Of a DNA stretch of 64,000 bases, positions 47,241 through 57,914 are shown in pieces (the first letter of the stretch is position 1; each line of letters opens with the position of its first letter). Origin of the DNA: a virus; the IMG/VR virus record IMGVR_UViG_3300043331_001086, positions 4,820 through 68,819 of that record, one strand, 5' to 3'. Below the pieces are notes generated by a model. That model saw nothing but the letters and a program-made list of their open reading frames with translations. It was not told where the DNA came from and made no database searches. Position numbers and translations under genes: made by a program.

Positions 47241-47542
47241 CCACGCCCGTGATCGCCGAGTTCACCGACGACCAGCGCCGCACCCTCGGCTACTGGTCCA
47301 ACACCGTCCGACCCCCGCGGTCGGCGCGCCGGCTCGACGCCCGGACGTTCGTGTCCGAGTGCAAGTCCGTCGAGGTGACCCTCCACGAGGGCCACGCCTC
47401 GGACGGGTACAAGTCGGACTTCCGGCGGGTCGTCAAGTGGTGGGTGGTCATCTCGATCACCGATCACGCCACGACCTACCGGCGAGGCCGCCGGTTCTCG
47501 TCCGTGGCGAAGGCCCGCGCGTACTACGGGGAGGTGACATGA
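47237..47542 (+). CDS. hypothetical protein
   Basis: ATGA overlap. Confidence 0.55.
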   Translation: MTTPVIAEFTDDQRRTLGYWSNTVRPPRSARRLDARTFVSECKSVEVTLHEGHASDGYKSDFRRVVKWWVVISITDHATTYRRGRRFSSVAKARAYYGEVT

Positions 47543-47777
47543 CCTGCCCGATCTGTGGCGCCGAGCGGCCCGAGGAGGTGCACCTCGACTGGTGCACCTA
47601 CGACGGCCCCGAGCCCGACGAGGACGACGACTGACGCGTTCGCGGATCGGAGGCGCCGTCCCCCTCCGGCACCTCCGATCCCGCGGTGGCTCGCCCGCCC
47701 GTACAAACTGCCGTGCGGCGGGACGGGCGGGCCACCGCGGGAAGGCCCCGCACTCAACCCCGTGGAAGGACAGACCG

Positions 47778-47960
47778 ATGACCACGAAGGCTCAGGCCCG
47801 CCGGAAGCACCGCCCCACGACGGGCCCGGTCGGCGCCCACACCATCACCCGCGACCGGTACATCGCCGCCGAGCTCCTGCGCGACGCGCAGCACCCCGGC
47901 CGGTACCGCCCCGAGTACGTCGCCGCGCTGCGACGGATCCAGAGTCGGGGCGGGCAGTGA
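47778..47960 (+). CDS. hypothetical protein
   Basis: preceded by the start-associated repeat. Confidence 0.6.
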   Translation: MTTKAQARRKHRPTTGPVGAHTITRDRYIAAELLRDAQHPGRYRPEYVAALRRIQSRGGQ

Positions 47961-48163
47961 GCCTCGCCTCGGACCTCGCGGACGTGCTCGGCGAGGCCGG
48001 ATGCGACGCGTCGACCGTCGACCACCTCGACGGTCGGGCGTGGCACACCGCCCTGCAGCTGGTGCAGGTCCGCCGAGGCCGGCGACCCAGCCATCACTAC
48101 ATCGTGCCGAGCGACTCGACCCAGGCCGCAGCGACCGCGATCTTGCGTCGAGCGCGCCCCTGA
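47957..48163 (+). CDS. hypothetical protein
   Basis: GTGA overlap. Confidence 0.5.
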   Translation: MSLASDLADVLGEAGCDASTVDHLDGRAWHTALQLVQVRRGRRPSHHYIVPSDSTQAAATAILRRARP

Positions 48164-48190
48164 TCGCCCTTCCACGGGGGCGCAACCGTG

Positions 48191-48231
48191 GGAGCCCCCC
48201 AGGTCAGCCGGACAGGCGCCTGGGGGGCTCC
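48191..48231 (+). terminator. hairpin terminator
   Basis: GGAGCCCCCCAGG..CCTGGGGGGCTCC 13-bp stem followed by TGCGCGTC, the same tail as the 26225 hairpin. Confidence 0.65.
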
Positions 48232-48268
48232 TGCGCGTCTCCGGTCGGCCGGGGTACTGTCACACCCC

Positions 48269-48943
48269 ATGGCGAAGCGTTCGGGCCCAGGGCGGCCACC
48301 CAGAGACCCGTACGGGATTGTGGACTACCGCGCCGTCCCCCAGGACGACGGGACCATCGTGCGGGAACCCGTCACCGTGATCGACCGGGTGGAGGAGGCC
48401 CTGCGACAGAACGGGTTCATCCACGACGCGGCTGGTCGGTCGGGGCTCGCCGTCGAGACCCTCCGACAGTGGCGGGCGAAGGGGGTCCGGGCGAACGCCG
48501 ACATCCTCGCCGGGCGCCGCCGGCGCGCCGACCTCGACACCCACGAACGCCGGTGCGCCGAGCTTGCGACCCGCATGGAACGCGCCGAGGCCGACGCCCG
48601 TCTGTCCCTTCTCGCCGTCACCTCGGCCCTGGCCCGCGGCGGACTCGAGGTGGTCCACACCACCGAGAAGCAGAACGCCGGTGGCGACGTCCTCGAGAAG
48701 GTGGTCCGGACCTCGCGGTCGCTGCCCGACAGCCACGCCGCGACGTGGCTCCTCGCCCACCGGTACCCGGCGGACTTCGCTGGCCGGGTCGAGGTGACCG
48801 GGCCCGACCGGGGTCCGATCGAGGTGGCCGTGTCCCCCGTCGATCAGCTGCTCAACGCGATCAACGCGGTCCGCGAACGACGGGACGGCGTGTCCTCGAA
48901 CGGTGACACCCCGGCCCCGGCGGGCAACGGTGCACACGGGTAG
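48269..48943 (+). CDS. putative terminase small subunit
   Basis: GRPP, HTH-like segment, AATWLLAHRYP.DF..RVEVTGPDRGPIEV. Confidence 0.7.
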   Translation: MAKRSGPGRPPRDPYGIVDYRAVPQDDGTIVREPVTVIDRVEEALRQNGFIHDAAGRSGLAVETLRQWRAKGVRANADILAGRRRRADLDTHERRCAELATRMERAEADARLSLLAVTSALARGGLEVVHTTEKQNAGGDVLEKVVRTSRSLPDSHAATWLLAHRYPADFAGRVEVTGPDRGPIEVAVSPVDQLLNAINAVRERRDGVSSNGDTPAPAGNGAHG

Positions 48944-48977
48944 GTCCTCGAAGCGCAAACAGGAACCGGTTACCCTT

Positions 48978-49394
48978 GTGCCCGTGCGCACGATCGCCGT
49001 GACCGATCTTCTCGACCTCAGCTTCCGGCAGGTGGACTACCTGTGCCGGAGCGGCGCGATCGACCCTGAGCTCGTGGGCGGCGGCCAGGGGTGCGGCAGC
49101 CGCCGGGTCTGGCCCCCCGAGGTGGTGGCCCGGCTCGAAGTCGCGCTCGCGCTGTGGCGCGCCTGCCCGACCGTGGACACCGGCCAGCCGGGTGGCCCGG
49201 TCTGGACCAGCCTCGTGCGGGCCGTCATGGACAATCCCGTCGACCCCCCGTGGGCCGGGTGGGTGGTCCTCGATGACCTCGGCCAGGTCCACTACGGGTC
49301 CGACGACGCCGAGCGCGGCCGGATCCTCGGCCGGGTCGACGGCGCGCTCGTGGCCCGCTACGTGCTCCGCTCCCCCACCGCACCAGCGCGCTAA
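48978..49394 (+). CDS. MerR-like HTH protein
   Basis: LSFRQVDYL.R.G.I.P..G.GSRRVW; start uncertain. Confidence 0.65.
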   Translation: MPVRTIAVTDLLDLSFRQVDYLCRSGAIDPELVGGGQGCGSRRVWPPEVVARLEVALALWRACPTVDTGQPGGPVWTSLVRAVMDNPVDPPWAGWVVLDDLGQVHYGSDDAERGRILGRVDGALVARYVLRSPTAPAR

Positions 49395-49433
49395 CATGGT
49401 GGGGCCCCATCGACCCCCTCGGAGGTGCCCGCC

Positions 49434-49691
49434 ATGTCCTACTCACAGACCCTCACCGACGCCGCGCTGATCAACCGGATGCGTCGGCTTGAGGCCTGGT
49501 CTCTCGTGGCCCTGCTCGTGTTCCTGGTCGCGCTGGCCGTCGCCTGGTACGCCTACTCGTTCGGCGCGCTGATCGCCGCGGTCATCGCGCTGGCGGTGCG
49601 CGCCGAGCTCGAACGCCTGGCCCGCGCCGGGCTCGCCGAGGCCCAGTCCCGCGGGCTGGCGCGACTCCTCGCCCGCAAGGCCGACGCGTGA
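49434..49691 (+). CDS. membrane protein
   Basis: two TM segments; GGAGG RBS. Confidence 0.6.
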   Translation: MSYSQTLTDAALINRMRRLEAWSLVALLVFLVALAVAWYAYSFGALIAAVIALAVRAELERLARAGLAEAQSRGLARLLARKADA

Positions 49692-49857
49692 ACGTCATCA
49701 CGAACACGTGGACGCGCAAGCGTCGAGGCGCCACCCGCAAGATCACGGTCACCATCGAGTCGACCGCCGGGTTCGGCGACACCGAGTGGGAGCTCCTGCG
49801 CGCCATCGACGCTCTCGCGAACGTCTACACCGACGCCCCGGCCGAGGCGCCGGAGAC

Positions 49858-50121
49858 ATGAGCCGGGGCCGCCTCCTCGACTGCCCCGTCGAGGGGTGCA
49901 CCCAGCGGTCCCCGGCCCGTGCCCTCCGCCGCCACCAGCGCGCCACCCACATCCGGTGCTCGTGCGGGTGGGTGGGCGTGTCCTTCACCCAGCACCGCGC
50001 CCAGCGCATCCGGTTCCGAGGGGAGTCCGCGCCACCCGGCCGGCGCGACGTCGAGATGGCCGCCGAACGTCTCGCTCATCGCGCCACGGCGCGGATCGTC
50101 ACGCGGGCGAGGACGGCGTGA
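49858..50121 (+). CDS. zinc-finger-like protein
   Basis: CPVEGC..H...H..CSCG..H. Confidence 0.5.
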   Translation: MSRGRLLDCPVEGCTQRSPARALRRHQRATHIRCSCGWVGVSFTQHRAQRIRFRGESAPPGRRDVEMAAERLAHRATARIVTRARTA

Positions 50122-50387
50122 GCACCCGCCGCCTCTACAACCGTAAGACGACCACGTTCGCGTTCCGGCTGTCCCCCGAGGCCCGGTCCCTGCTCGACTA
50201 CCTGGCCGTCGAGGACGGGGTGTCCCCAGCCCACTACATGCGCCAGCTGTTCGAGGACCACCTGCGCAGCAAGGGGTTCACCGTGGACCCCGGCGCCGAG
50301 GGGGTTACCGACCCGTTGCGTGGCACCCCGGCCGGGTGGCGCCGGGACCACACCTCGACCCTCGACCCCCCAGGAGACCCCCGATGA
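50118..50387 (+). CDS. ribbon-helix-helix DNA-binding protein
   Basis: TFAFRLSPEARSLLDYLA..GVS.A.Y.R. Confidence 0.65.
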   Translation: MSTRRLYNRKTTTFAFRLSPEARSLLDYLAVEDGVSPAHYMRQLFEDHLRSKGFTVDPGAEGVTDPLRGTPAGWRRDHTSTLDPPGDPR

Positions 50388-51104
50388 GGTTCACCGTCTG
50401 CGACTCGTGCGGCAAGAAGATCAACGGCCACAGCTACCTGCCCGACGAGACGTGGATCGCGGTCGAGGCCAACGAGGACGCCGACCACGGGCAGCTGTGC
50501 TCGTGGACCTGCCTGGCTACGTGGGCCATGACCCGAGCGATCGAACGTGAAGTCCAGCCCGCCCCCGAGGAGGGATCGTGACGACCTGGTATCGCTCCTG
50601 CCCCTGGGGGGCCGACGTGCCACGGGGGATCGTGCAGGTCGACTACCGGATGTACCGCCGGGGAGGTGAACGCCCGACCTTGCCCGAGGGCATCCTGCGA
50701 CTCGCGCACGCCGAGTATGCGAAGCAACACCCCGGCCAGTCGTTCGAGCGGATCCAGGAGCGCGGCGGCTTCGGGGTCACCGAGGTGGTCGCGCTCCTGG
50801 CCGACGCCGCCGTTCGCGCCGGCGCCCCGGCCACCGAGGTGGACCCGTGGTGACCCACCGCCCCTACCCCCTCGAGCGCGCCGTGAACGGCACGGCGAAG
50901 GCCGCCATCGCCGGCGCGGTGCTCACCGCGGTGGCGGTCGGGTGGGCCGTCGACCAGGCCCCCACCGTCCGGGTCCTCGGCCTGATCGGGGCCCAGCGGC
51001 TACAGCAGCTGTGTGGCCGCCTGGTGACCGGGGCCTACCGGACACCCCCCAACCCCCCGTCAGGCGCCCAGGCGGCCGTACAGCCGCTCTCCTGGGGCCT
51101 GTGA
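50384..51104 (+). other. three small coupled hypothetical ORFs (50384-50581, 50578-50853, 50850-51104)
   Basis: RBS sites and 4-nt overlaps. Confidence 0.5.
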
Positions 51105-51145
51105 CCGTTCCCCCGTCCGCGGTCGGCGCGTAGGACACTGGGACC

Positions 51146-52570
51146 GTGGCCGAGTCGATCTTCGAGCGCCTCGCGTCGCTACCCGACGACGAGCTCAAAG
51201 AGGCGATCGCCGCGCTCGATGAGGCCGAGGTTGCCCGGCTCCTCGTGTCGTGGGAGTTCTGGGCCCGACCCGAGCAGGTGGCCGAGTCCTGGGCGTGGCG
51301 GTTCTGGGCGATCATCACTGGCCGGGGGTGGGGGAAGAACCGGACCGCGGCCGAGTGGGTCCTCGACCGGTGCCAGGCATTCGCCGACGCCGGGGCCCCC
51401 CACCTCATCGGCCTGTTCGGCCGGATCAAGGACGACGTTCACGAACTGCAGCTGGGTGGCGAGTCCGGTCTGATCCGCTGCGCCGAGCGGCGCGGCTGGC
51501 GCGTCGACGCCCCGAGTTCGTCGGACACCTTCCGGGTGTACGTGCCCCTGCCCGACGGGGGCTGGCACGTCTCCGACGGCGAGGTGCACTCCTCGACCGA
51601 CCCGGACTCCTGCCGAGGCCGGAACTTCCACACGGTCTGGGGTGACGAGTTCGCCTCGTGGTCCCACAAGACAGACCTCGAAGGCAACACGACGTGGACG
51701 AACATGGGCTTCGGCCTGCGGTCCCCGTGCCCCCCGGGGATGCACCCCCAGGCCGTCGTGACGACGACCCCGAAGCCGATCCCGGTCGTGAAGGAACTTC
51801 TCGCCGGGAAGTACGGGCCGACGGCCGTCACCCGCGGGTCGCTCCACGACAACGTGGCGAACCTCGACCCGACCTTCGTGAGCGCGATCGTCGGGGCGTT
51901 CGCCGGCACCCGGCTCGAACAGCAGGAGATCCACGGGGAGCTCGTCACCTCAGTCGAGGGGGCCCTGTGGAACATGGACCTCATCGCCCGCTGGCGGGTC
52001 AGCTGGGACCGGGTGCCGGACCTCGGGCACATCTGCATCGGCGTCGACCCGTCCGGTTCCGAGGCCGGCGACGAGTGCGGCATCGTCGCGTCGGGCCGCG
52101 CGATCCAGCGGGACTCGAAGGACCGTCTCCACGGCTACGTGCTCGAGGACGCCTCGGTGCGCAACCGGCCATCGGTGTGGGGGCCCGCGGTCGTCAAGCT
52201 GTACCACGACCTCGCCGAGTTGTTCCCGAACGTCCGCATCGACGTCGTGGCCGAGACGAACTACGGCGGCGCCATGGTGGTCGACACGATCGCCATGCGC
52301 GACCCGAGCATCAACGTCGTCACCGTCACCGCGACCCGGGCGAAGCGGGTCCGCGCCGAGCCCGTCGCGACCCTCTACGACACGGGCCGCTGGCACCACG
52401 TCGGCGTGTTCCCTCAACTCGAGGAGCAGATGTGCTGGTGGACCCCGCTCGAACCGACCTCACCGGACCGGATGGACGCGCTCGCCTGGTCCGCGCACGG
52501 CCTGTTGCCCGAGCTCGCGCAGATGATGTCCGGCTTCTCGCCAGGCTTCTCCGAACGCACTCTGGACTGA
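51146..52570 (+). CDS. terminase large subunit
   Basis: GRGWGKNR Walker A, WGDE Walker B, TTTP, IGVDP RuvC-like domain, SPDRMDAL. Confidence 0.95.
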   Translation: MAESIFERLASLPDDELKEAIAALDEAEVARLLVSWEFWARPEQVAESWAWRFWAIITGRGWGKNRTAAEWVLDRCQAFADAGAPHLIGLFGRIKDDVHELQLGGESGLIRCAERRGWRVDAPSSSDTFRVYVPLPDGGWHVSDGEVHSSTDPDSCRGRNFHTVWGDEFASWSHKTDLEGNTTWTNMGFGLRSPCPPGMHPQAVVTTTPKPIPVVKELLAGKYGPTAVTRGSLHDNVANLDPTFVSAIVGAFAGTRLEQQEIHGELVTSVEGALWNMDLIARWRVSWDRVPDLGHICIGVDPSGSEAGDECGIVASGRAIQRDSKDRLHGYVLEDASVRNRPSVWGPAVVKLYHDLAELFPNVRIDVVAETNYGGAMVVDTIAMRDPSINVVTVTATRAKRVRAEPVATLYDTGRWHHVGVFPQLEEQMCWWTPLEPTSPDRMDALAWSAHGLLPELAQMMSGFSPGFSERTLD

Positions 52571-52640
52571 TCCCGGCGGGCCGGTACCCAGCGCGCTAAC
52601 ATGGCCCTTGCACCCCCGACCTCAACCCCAGGAGGACACG

Positions 52641-53786
52641 ATGCAGGGAGCCACCACCCACCAGGCCACGAACGACCTCGTGACCGCGCTCGCCGACCAG
52701 GCCACCGACCTCGGCTGGACGGCCGACGACGTGGCCGCGCTCAGCCCTGCCGAGTGGGTGTATCTCCGGTCCCACGCCGGGCACGGCTACGGCCCCGAGC
52801 CCAGCCACGAGGTGAAGGGCCAGGTCATCACCGTCCTGCGTGACCGGGCCGCGCACCCCGACCCGTTCGAGGGGCTCAGCTGATGCTGGTCCTCTACGGG
52901 CTCGTGCCCCTCACGGTCATGGCGATCGCTGCCCGGTGGATCGTGCAGGACTGGCGGTCCCGGCGATGACCTTCTACCGGTACCGCGGCGTCCGCCGGTC
53001 CGGGGCCCCCATCGTGGGTCGCACCCCGGATCATCCCACCCGGTTCGTACCCGCCGAGTACGACGCCCGCCGTTGGGAGACCCTCGAGGTGTACGCCGCC
53101 GACGCCGACCCCGACGACGAGGACTTCGAGGTGCTCGGCGCGATCACCCGTGACGACGCCGGCACACCGGTCTGGTGGGTGGACACCCATGGGTGACGTC
53201 GACCTTGTGTGGGACGACGACCTCATCTGGTGCCCGTCCCAGTGCTACGCCCCCGTCGAGTGGCCCGACGGCACCCCAGCGGTGCTCTACCTCCGCTGGC
53301 GCCATGACGACCCGTGGGGCGCGTCCATCGTCACCCTGCCCACCCGCGACACCCGGGTCGCCGACCCGGCGACCACGTGGGATGACGTCGACATCGGCTG
53401 GTGGCGCGACGACCAGCTGGCCGAAGCGAAGGCCGCGTTCGTGGCCGTCTGGGAGGAGAAGCGCAATGCCCAGTGAACGCCGCTGGTCCGTCATCGGCCA
53501 CAGCGACAGCCTCTACGTGTCCCGCCTCGACAACGGTCCCGCCTACCGCGCGTTCGACAGCGACCAGGCCCACGCCCTCGCCGACACTCTCAACCTCGTC
53601 GCCGGGTTGCGCGGTGTCGTTCGCCGGCTGGACGAGGGGTGGCAGATCGTGGAGGACGAGGACGGGCAACCGTGCGGCTGGTACCTCGAATCCGGGATGG
53701 ACGACATCGACATCAGCGGCGACGACACGATGACGCCCGACGAGGTGGCCGCACTCGTGAGCGTCCGGAGGGAGAACGATGGGTGA
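52641..53786 (+). other. small coupled hypothetical ORFs (52641-52883, 52966-53196, 53189-53476, 53466-53786)
   Basis: promoter motif at 52590, RBS sites, overlapping stops and starts. Confidence 0.55.
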
Positions 53787-54801
53787 CCACACCGGCATCG
53801 AGTGGACCGACGCGACGTGGAACCCCGTCGTGGGGTGCGCGCATGTCAGCCCGGGGTGCGACCACTGCTACGCCGCCCGCGAGACCTCGGGGCGTCTCCG
53901 ACACCTCCCGATCTACAGCGGCCTGGCCGAGGGCGGCCGGTTCACCGGCGAGGTGCGCGTCGTCCCCGACCGGCTCGATCAGCCCCTGCGCTGGCGCAAG
54001 CCCCGCCGGGTCTTCGTCAACTCGATGTCGGACCTGTTCCACGCCGGCATCCCCCACAGCTACGTCGCCGACGTGTGGGGCGTGATGCTCCTCGCCCAGC
54101 GGCACACGTTCCAGATCCTGACGAAGCGTCCACAGCTGATGGCCCAGGTGCTCGGCACCCGGACCTTCTACGACCTCGCCGCCGAGTCCGCGAACGAGTG
54201 GCCTGACCGGTTCTACGAGGACGAGCTCGCGCTCAACTTCGGTCTCGACGCCGGGCCGCCCGACATCCCGGGTCAGCCCCTCCCGAACGTGTGGCTCGGC
54301 ACCTCGATCGAGAACGACCGCTACACGTTCCGGGCCGACCACGTGCGCGCCACCCCGGCGGCCGTCCGGTTCCTCAGCCTCGAGCCCCTCCTCGGCCCGC
54401 TCCCGTCCCTCAACCTCGACGGGATCGACTGGGTGATCGTGGGCGGCGAGTCCGGACCCGGCGCCCGGCCGATGCACCCAGGGTGGGCCCGCGACATCCG
54501 CGACCAGTGCATCGCCGCGGGCGTCCCGTTCCTGTTCAAGCAGTGGGGCGCCTGGCAACCCGTCGAGCCGGTGTACGCCGAGGACAGCCACGACGACGTG
54601 CTCATCGACGCGTACGACGTCGACGTGGTGTCCCTCAACCGGCAGGGCGAGATCGAGATGCGCCTGCCGCGGGCCAGTGACCCGTCCGGCCACCAGCCCT
54701 CGCCGTCGTGGGCGTGCGACCCGTGGTGGCTGGCGAACGTCGGCAAGCACGCCGCCGGGCGCGAGCTCGACGGCCGCACCTGGGACGAGTACCCCTCGTG
54801 A
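53779..54801 (+). CDS. phage Gp37/Gp68 (DUF5131) protein
   Basis: IEWTDATWNPVVGC..VSPGCDHCYA, FVNSMSDLFH, WVIVGGESG, FKQWG. Confidence 0.92.
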   Translation: MGDHTGIEWTDATWNPVVGCAHVSPGCDHCYAARETSGRLRHLPIYSGLAEGGRFTGEVRVVPDRLDQPLRWRKPRRVFVNSMSDLFHAGIPHSYVADVWGVMLLAQRHTFQILTKRPQLMAQVLGTRTFYDLAAESANEWPDRFYEDELALNFGLDAGPPDIPGQPLPNVWLGTSIENDRYTFRADHVRATPAAVRFLSLEPLLGPLPSLNLDGIDWVIVGGESGPGARPMHPGWARDIRDQCIAAGVPFLFKQWGAWQPVEPVYAEDSHDDVLIDAYDVDVVSLNRQGEIEMRLPRASDPSGHQPSPSWACDPWWLANVGKHAAGRELDGRTWDEYPS

Positions 54802-55340
54802 CCGACCTCGTGCTCAAGGCCGGGGTGATCCTGCGCGACGCGACCATCTCCGAGGACGGCACCTACCGGTATCGCCTCTACCGCCGCTGGGGTGGCGACG
54901 GGCCCGCGCTCCGGTGGGTGATGCTCAACCCGTCGACGGCCGACGGCGCGGCGGACGACCCCACCATCCGGGCCGTGATGCGCTTCTCGAACCGGGCCGG
55001 GTACTGGGCCGCTGTCGTGTGCAACCTCTACGCCCTGCGGGCCACGGACCCCCGGGACCTCGGCCGTCACGCCGACCCCCTCGGCCCGCGCAATCTCGAC
55101 CACCTGCGCGTGCTGGCCGACGGCGCCCGGTTCTCCCGCACCCCGGTCGTCGTCGCGTGGGGCGCGAACGCTCCTCGAGACTGGGCGGCCGACGTCCTGC
55201 GCAACGAACTCGGCGACGTGGACCTCGTGTGCCTCGGCGTGACCCGCGCCGGCCACCCGCGCCACCCCTGCCGCCTCGCCGCGAACACCCCTCTCGTCCC
55301 CTACCCCCGCAACCGGCTGGCACCCCCGCACCGGGGGTGA
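54798..55340 (+). CDS. DUF1643 family protein
   Basis: YRYRL.RRW, MLNPSTAD..DDPTI, NLYALRATDP, VAWG, PRHP. Confidence 0.88.
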   Translation: MTDLVLKAGVILRDATISEDGTYRYRLYRRWGGDGPALRWVMLNPSTADGAADDPTIRAVMRFSNRAGYWAAVVCNLYALRATDPRDLGRHADPLGPRNLDHLRVLADGARFSRTPVVVAWGANAPRDWAADVLRNELGDVDLVCLGVTRAGHPRHPCRLAANTPLVPYPRNRLAPPHRG

Positions 55341-55353
55341 CAAACTAGATCCC

Positions 55354-55617
55354 ATGACCCGACCCCGTGAGTACCTCACCAGGACACCGGCCCCCGTGAC
55401 CGAGACCCAGGCCCGGCTGATCGCGCTGGCCCGGTCGGTCCACGACCAGCTGATGGCTACCCCGAACACCGACTCCACGTACCTGCGCCTCGTGCGTGAC
55501 CGCCGCGAGGCCGTCATGGCGGCGAAGGCCGCCGGCGCGACTCTGGCCGCGATCGGCGAAGGGCTGGGGATCGCCCGCCAGACCGTCGGCAAGATCGTGA
55601 AGGCGGCCGGGTCGTGA
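55354..55617 (+). CDS. HTH DNA-binding protein
   Basis: ATLAAIGEGLGIARQTV. Confidence 0.7.
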   Translation: MTRPREYLTRTPAPVTETQARLIALARSVHDQLMATPNTDSTYLRLVRDRREAVMAAKAAGATLAAIGEGLGIARQTVGKIVKAAGS

Positions 55618-57914
55618 GCGCGACCACGAAGCCCCTCAACGAGCTACAGATCGGCGACGTCGTGGCCGGGATCGTCCCCGCCGACGACCCCCGCGACCGG
55701 TCGAAGCCGGTCACCTTCACCCGGCCGTTCCGGGTCACGGACCTCACCACCCACAAGGGCCGGACCGTGATGGTGTTCGCCGAGGGGGGCCGGTTCTGGC
55801 CGTGCACCCACCCGGTGCAGCGACTGGCGGTCCTGGCGTGAGCGCGGACGTCACCCGGATGGCCGGGTTCCCGTGGCGGCCCGGGACACCGGTCCAGCGA
55901 GCCGCCAGGGCCCACGCCGCGGCGGTCCGCCGTGTCCACCCGTGCCCGGTGTGCCGGACGCCTGTGGAGGCCGTGGGGGGCCCGGACGTCGACCGCCCCT
56001 ACCTCGTGTGCCCGGGGTGCGGGTGGGACGAGCGTGAGGAGCCGTTCTGATGGGCACCGCCGATCGGATCCTCGACATCATCGACGGGGGTCTACAGACC
56101 TCGACCGAGCACGGCTACACCGACGACGGCTGGCCCGCGTTCCCGGTCGACCAGTCCCGGTGTCCGCGCTGCCAGCGCCACCCGGCCGCCGACGGCGCGG
56201 ACCTCTGCGAGGGGTGCCGTGCGTTCCTGCTCGAGGACACCGACGTCGACCCGGCCCGGTCGTGGGGGATGGCCGACGACGGCGCGCTCGTGGCCCCCGG
56301 TGGGTGGTGCGCGCCCCCATGCGCCCAGTACCACGCGGCGATCGGGGTCGACGGTGCCGTGTACCACCTCGTCGCCGCCCGGTACACCATCTCGGAGGAG
56401 GCCGCCACCCGGGCAGCCGAGACCATGGACCGCATCACCCGGGCCATCATCGAAGCGACCGAGGGAATGTTCGCGGACCTCGGCCCGGCGCTCACCCTCG
56501 CGGCCGAGACGATCGCGGACCTCGGGATCGTGGTCGACACCGAGCCCCCGTCTCCGGTCGAGGTGGCCCGGGAACGGAACCGGGCCGTCGTGGCCGAGCA
56601 CCGCCGCGCTCACCGCCGTACGAACCGTCTACCCCCCAACCCCGGAAGGAACCGCTGATGTGCAAGCGACAGACCGGCCCGATCATCCACCTGTGCCTCG
56701 TGGTCCTCGGCACCCTGCGACGGTGGAGCCGGGCTGATGGGTGACCAGACCACCTGTGGGATCCACGGGCTCGACACGTCCCCTGACGCGGACGGCAACC
56801 GCCGGTGCGTCGAGTGCGACCGCGACGCCCACCGCCGCGCCGCCGGCACCGAGGACAAGTTCCGGGATGCGGTCCTGCGGGTCATCAACCGGAAGCGGCG
56901 CGCGTTCTACGCCGACGCCGTGGCCCGCCGGATCATCGACTCCCATCAGGCCGCCGCCCTGTACGACCTCCACCAGTTGCACGACCAGGACAGCGCCGCG
57001 GCCGACCGTCGGGCGGCCCAGGTGGTCGCCGCGGTCCTCGACCCCGAGGCAGGCGACGATGAGTAGGCCCCGGGTGGACCTCCCCACGATGGAGCCCCTC
57101 ATGCTCCGCGCGGACGGACCCGTCGGGGAGGTGTCGTGGAAGGTGACCCCCGACAACGGGCCCCGCCCAGCTGGCCCGCCGGGCCGGTGCTTCTACTGCG
57201 ACCAGCCCGTCGGCGAGGACCACCTGCCGACGTGCGTGTGCCGCCGCCGGGTCGTGGTCGTGGACTTCACCATCCGCCTCGCCGTCGCGGTCCCGGACGC
57301 GTGGCCCCCGGACCAGATCGAGACCCACTACAACCTCGGCACGTGGTGCGCGGCGAACTTCCCCGAGCAGATCCACGACGTCACCGACGACGGGTGCGTG
57401 TGCCCGAACGCCCAGGTGGTCTACGTGTCGGAGGCCGACGGATCGGTGGCCCAGGGCCGCCACAAGGCCCGGGGGCGGTCCCGTGGGTGACAACTACTGG
57501 CACACCGTCGGGAAGGCCCCAGCGCCGCTGTGGGGGGACACGGGGGACGGTGGGCTCACCATCATCGGGGTGTTCGACCACCTCCCGATCGAGGAGGCCC
57601 GCGCCGCGTACGCCGCGCTCGGCCAGTACGTCGTCGGCCAGAACCGCGAGCTCGAACGGCTCCGGGCCCAGCTGGCTGACCGGGCCCGGGACCTCGGCGC
57701 GTTCACGCAGTCCACCGTCACCCACACGAAGGCCCTCGAGCGCGCGCTCATCGACCTGGCCGCCGCCATCGAGTTCTACTCCGGGCTCGACCCACACCCA
57801 GACGAGGAGATCGACCCGGCCGAGGCCGCCCGTCACATCGCCGCGATTGAACGTGCCGCGCCCCTCGTGCGCCTCATCCCCCGACCCCCAACCCCAGGAG
57901 ACACACCGACATGA
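55614..57914 (+). other. run of small hypothetical ORFs, several Cys-rich (55614-55841, 55838-56050, 56050-56658, 56737-57066, 57059-57490, 57483-57914)
   Basis: coupled overlaps; CxxC pairs in four of them. Confidence 0.55.

Larger units (their letters stand above)
44926..47769 (+). repeat. start-associated repeat TCAACCCCGTGGA(G/A)G, five copies
   Basis: copies at 44926, 45498, 46604, 47025 and 47754, each 5-8 nt before an ATG. Confidence 0.9.

Noticed and set aside
44926-47769. 15-nt repeats as a CRISPR array or integron attC sites
   Set aside because: Spacing is irregular, the repeats contain the RBS, and no cas gene or integrase was seen
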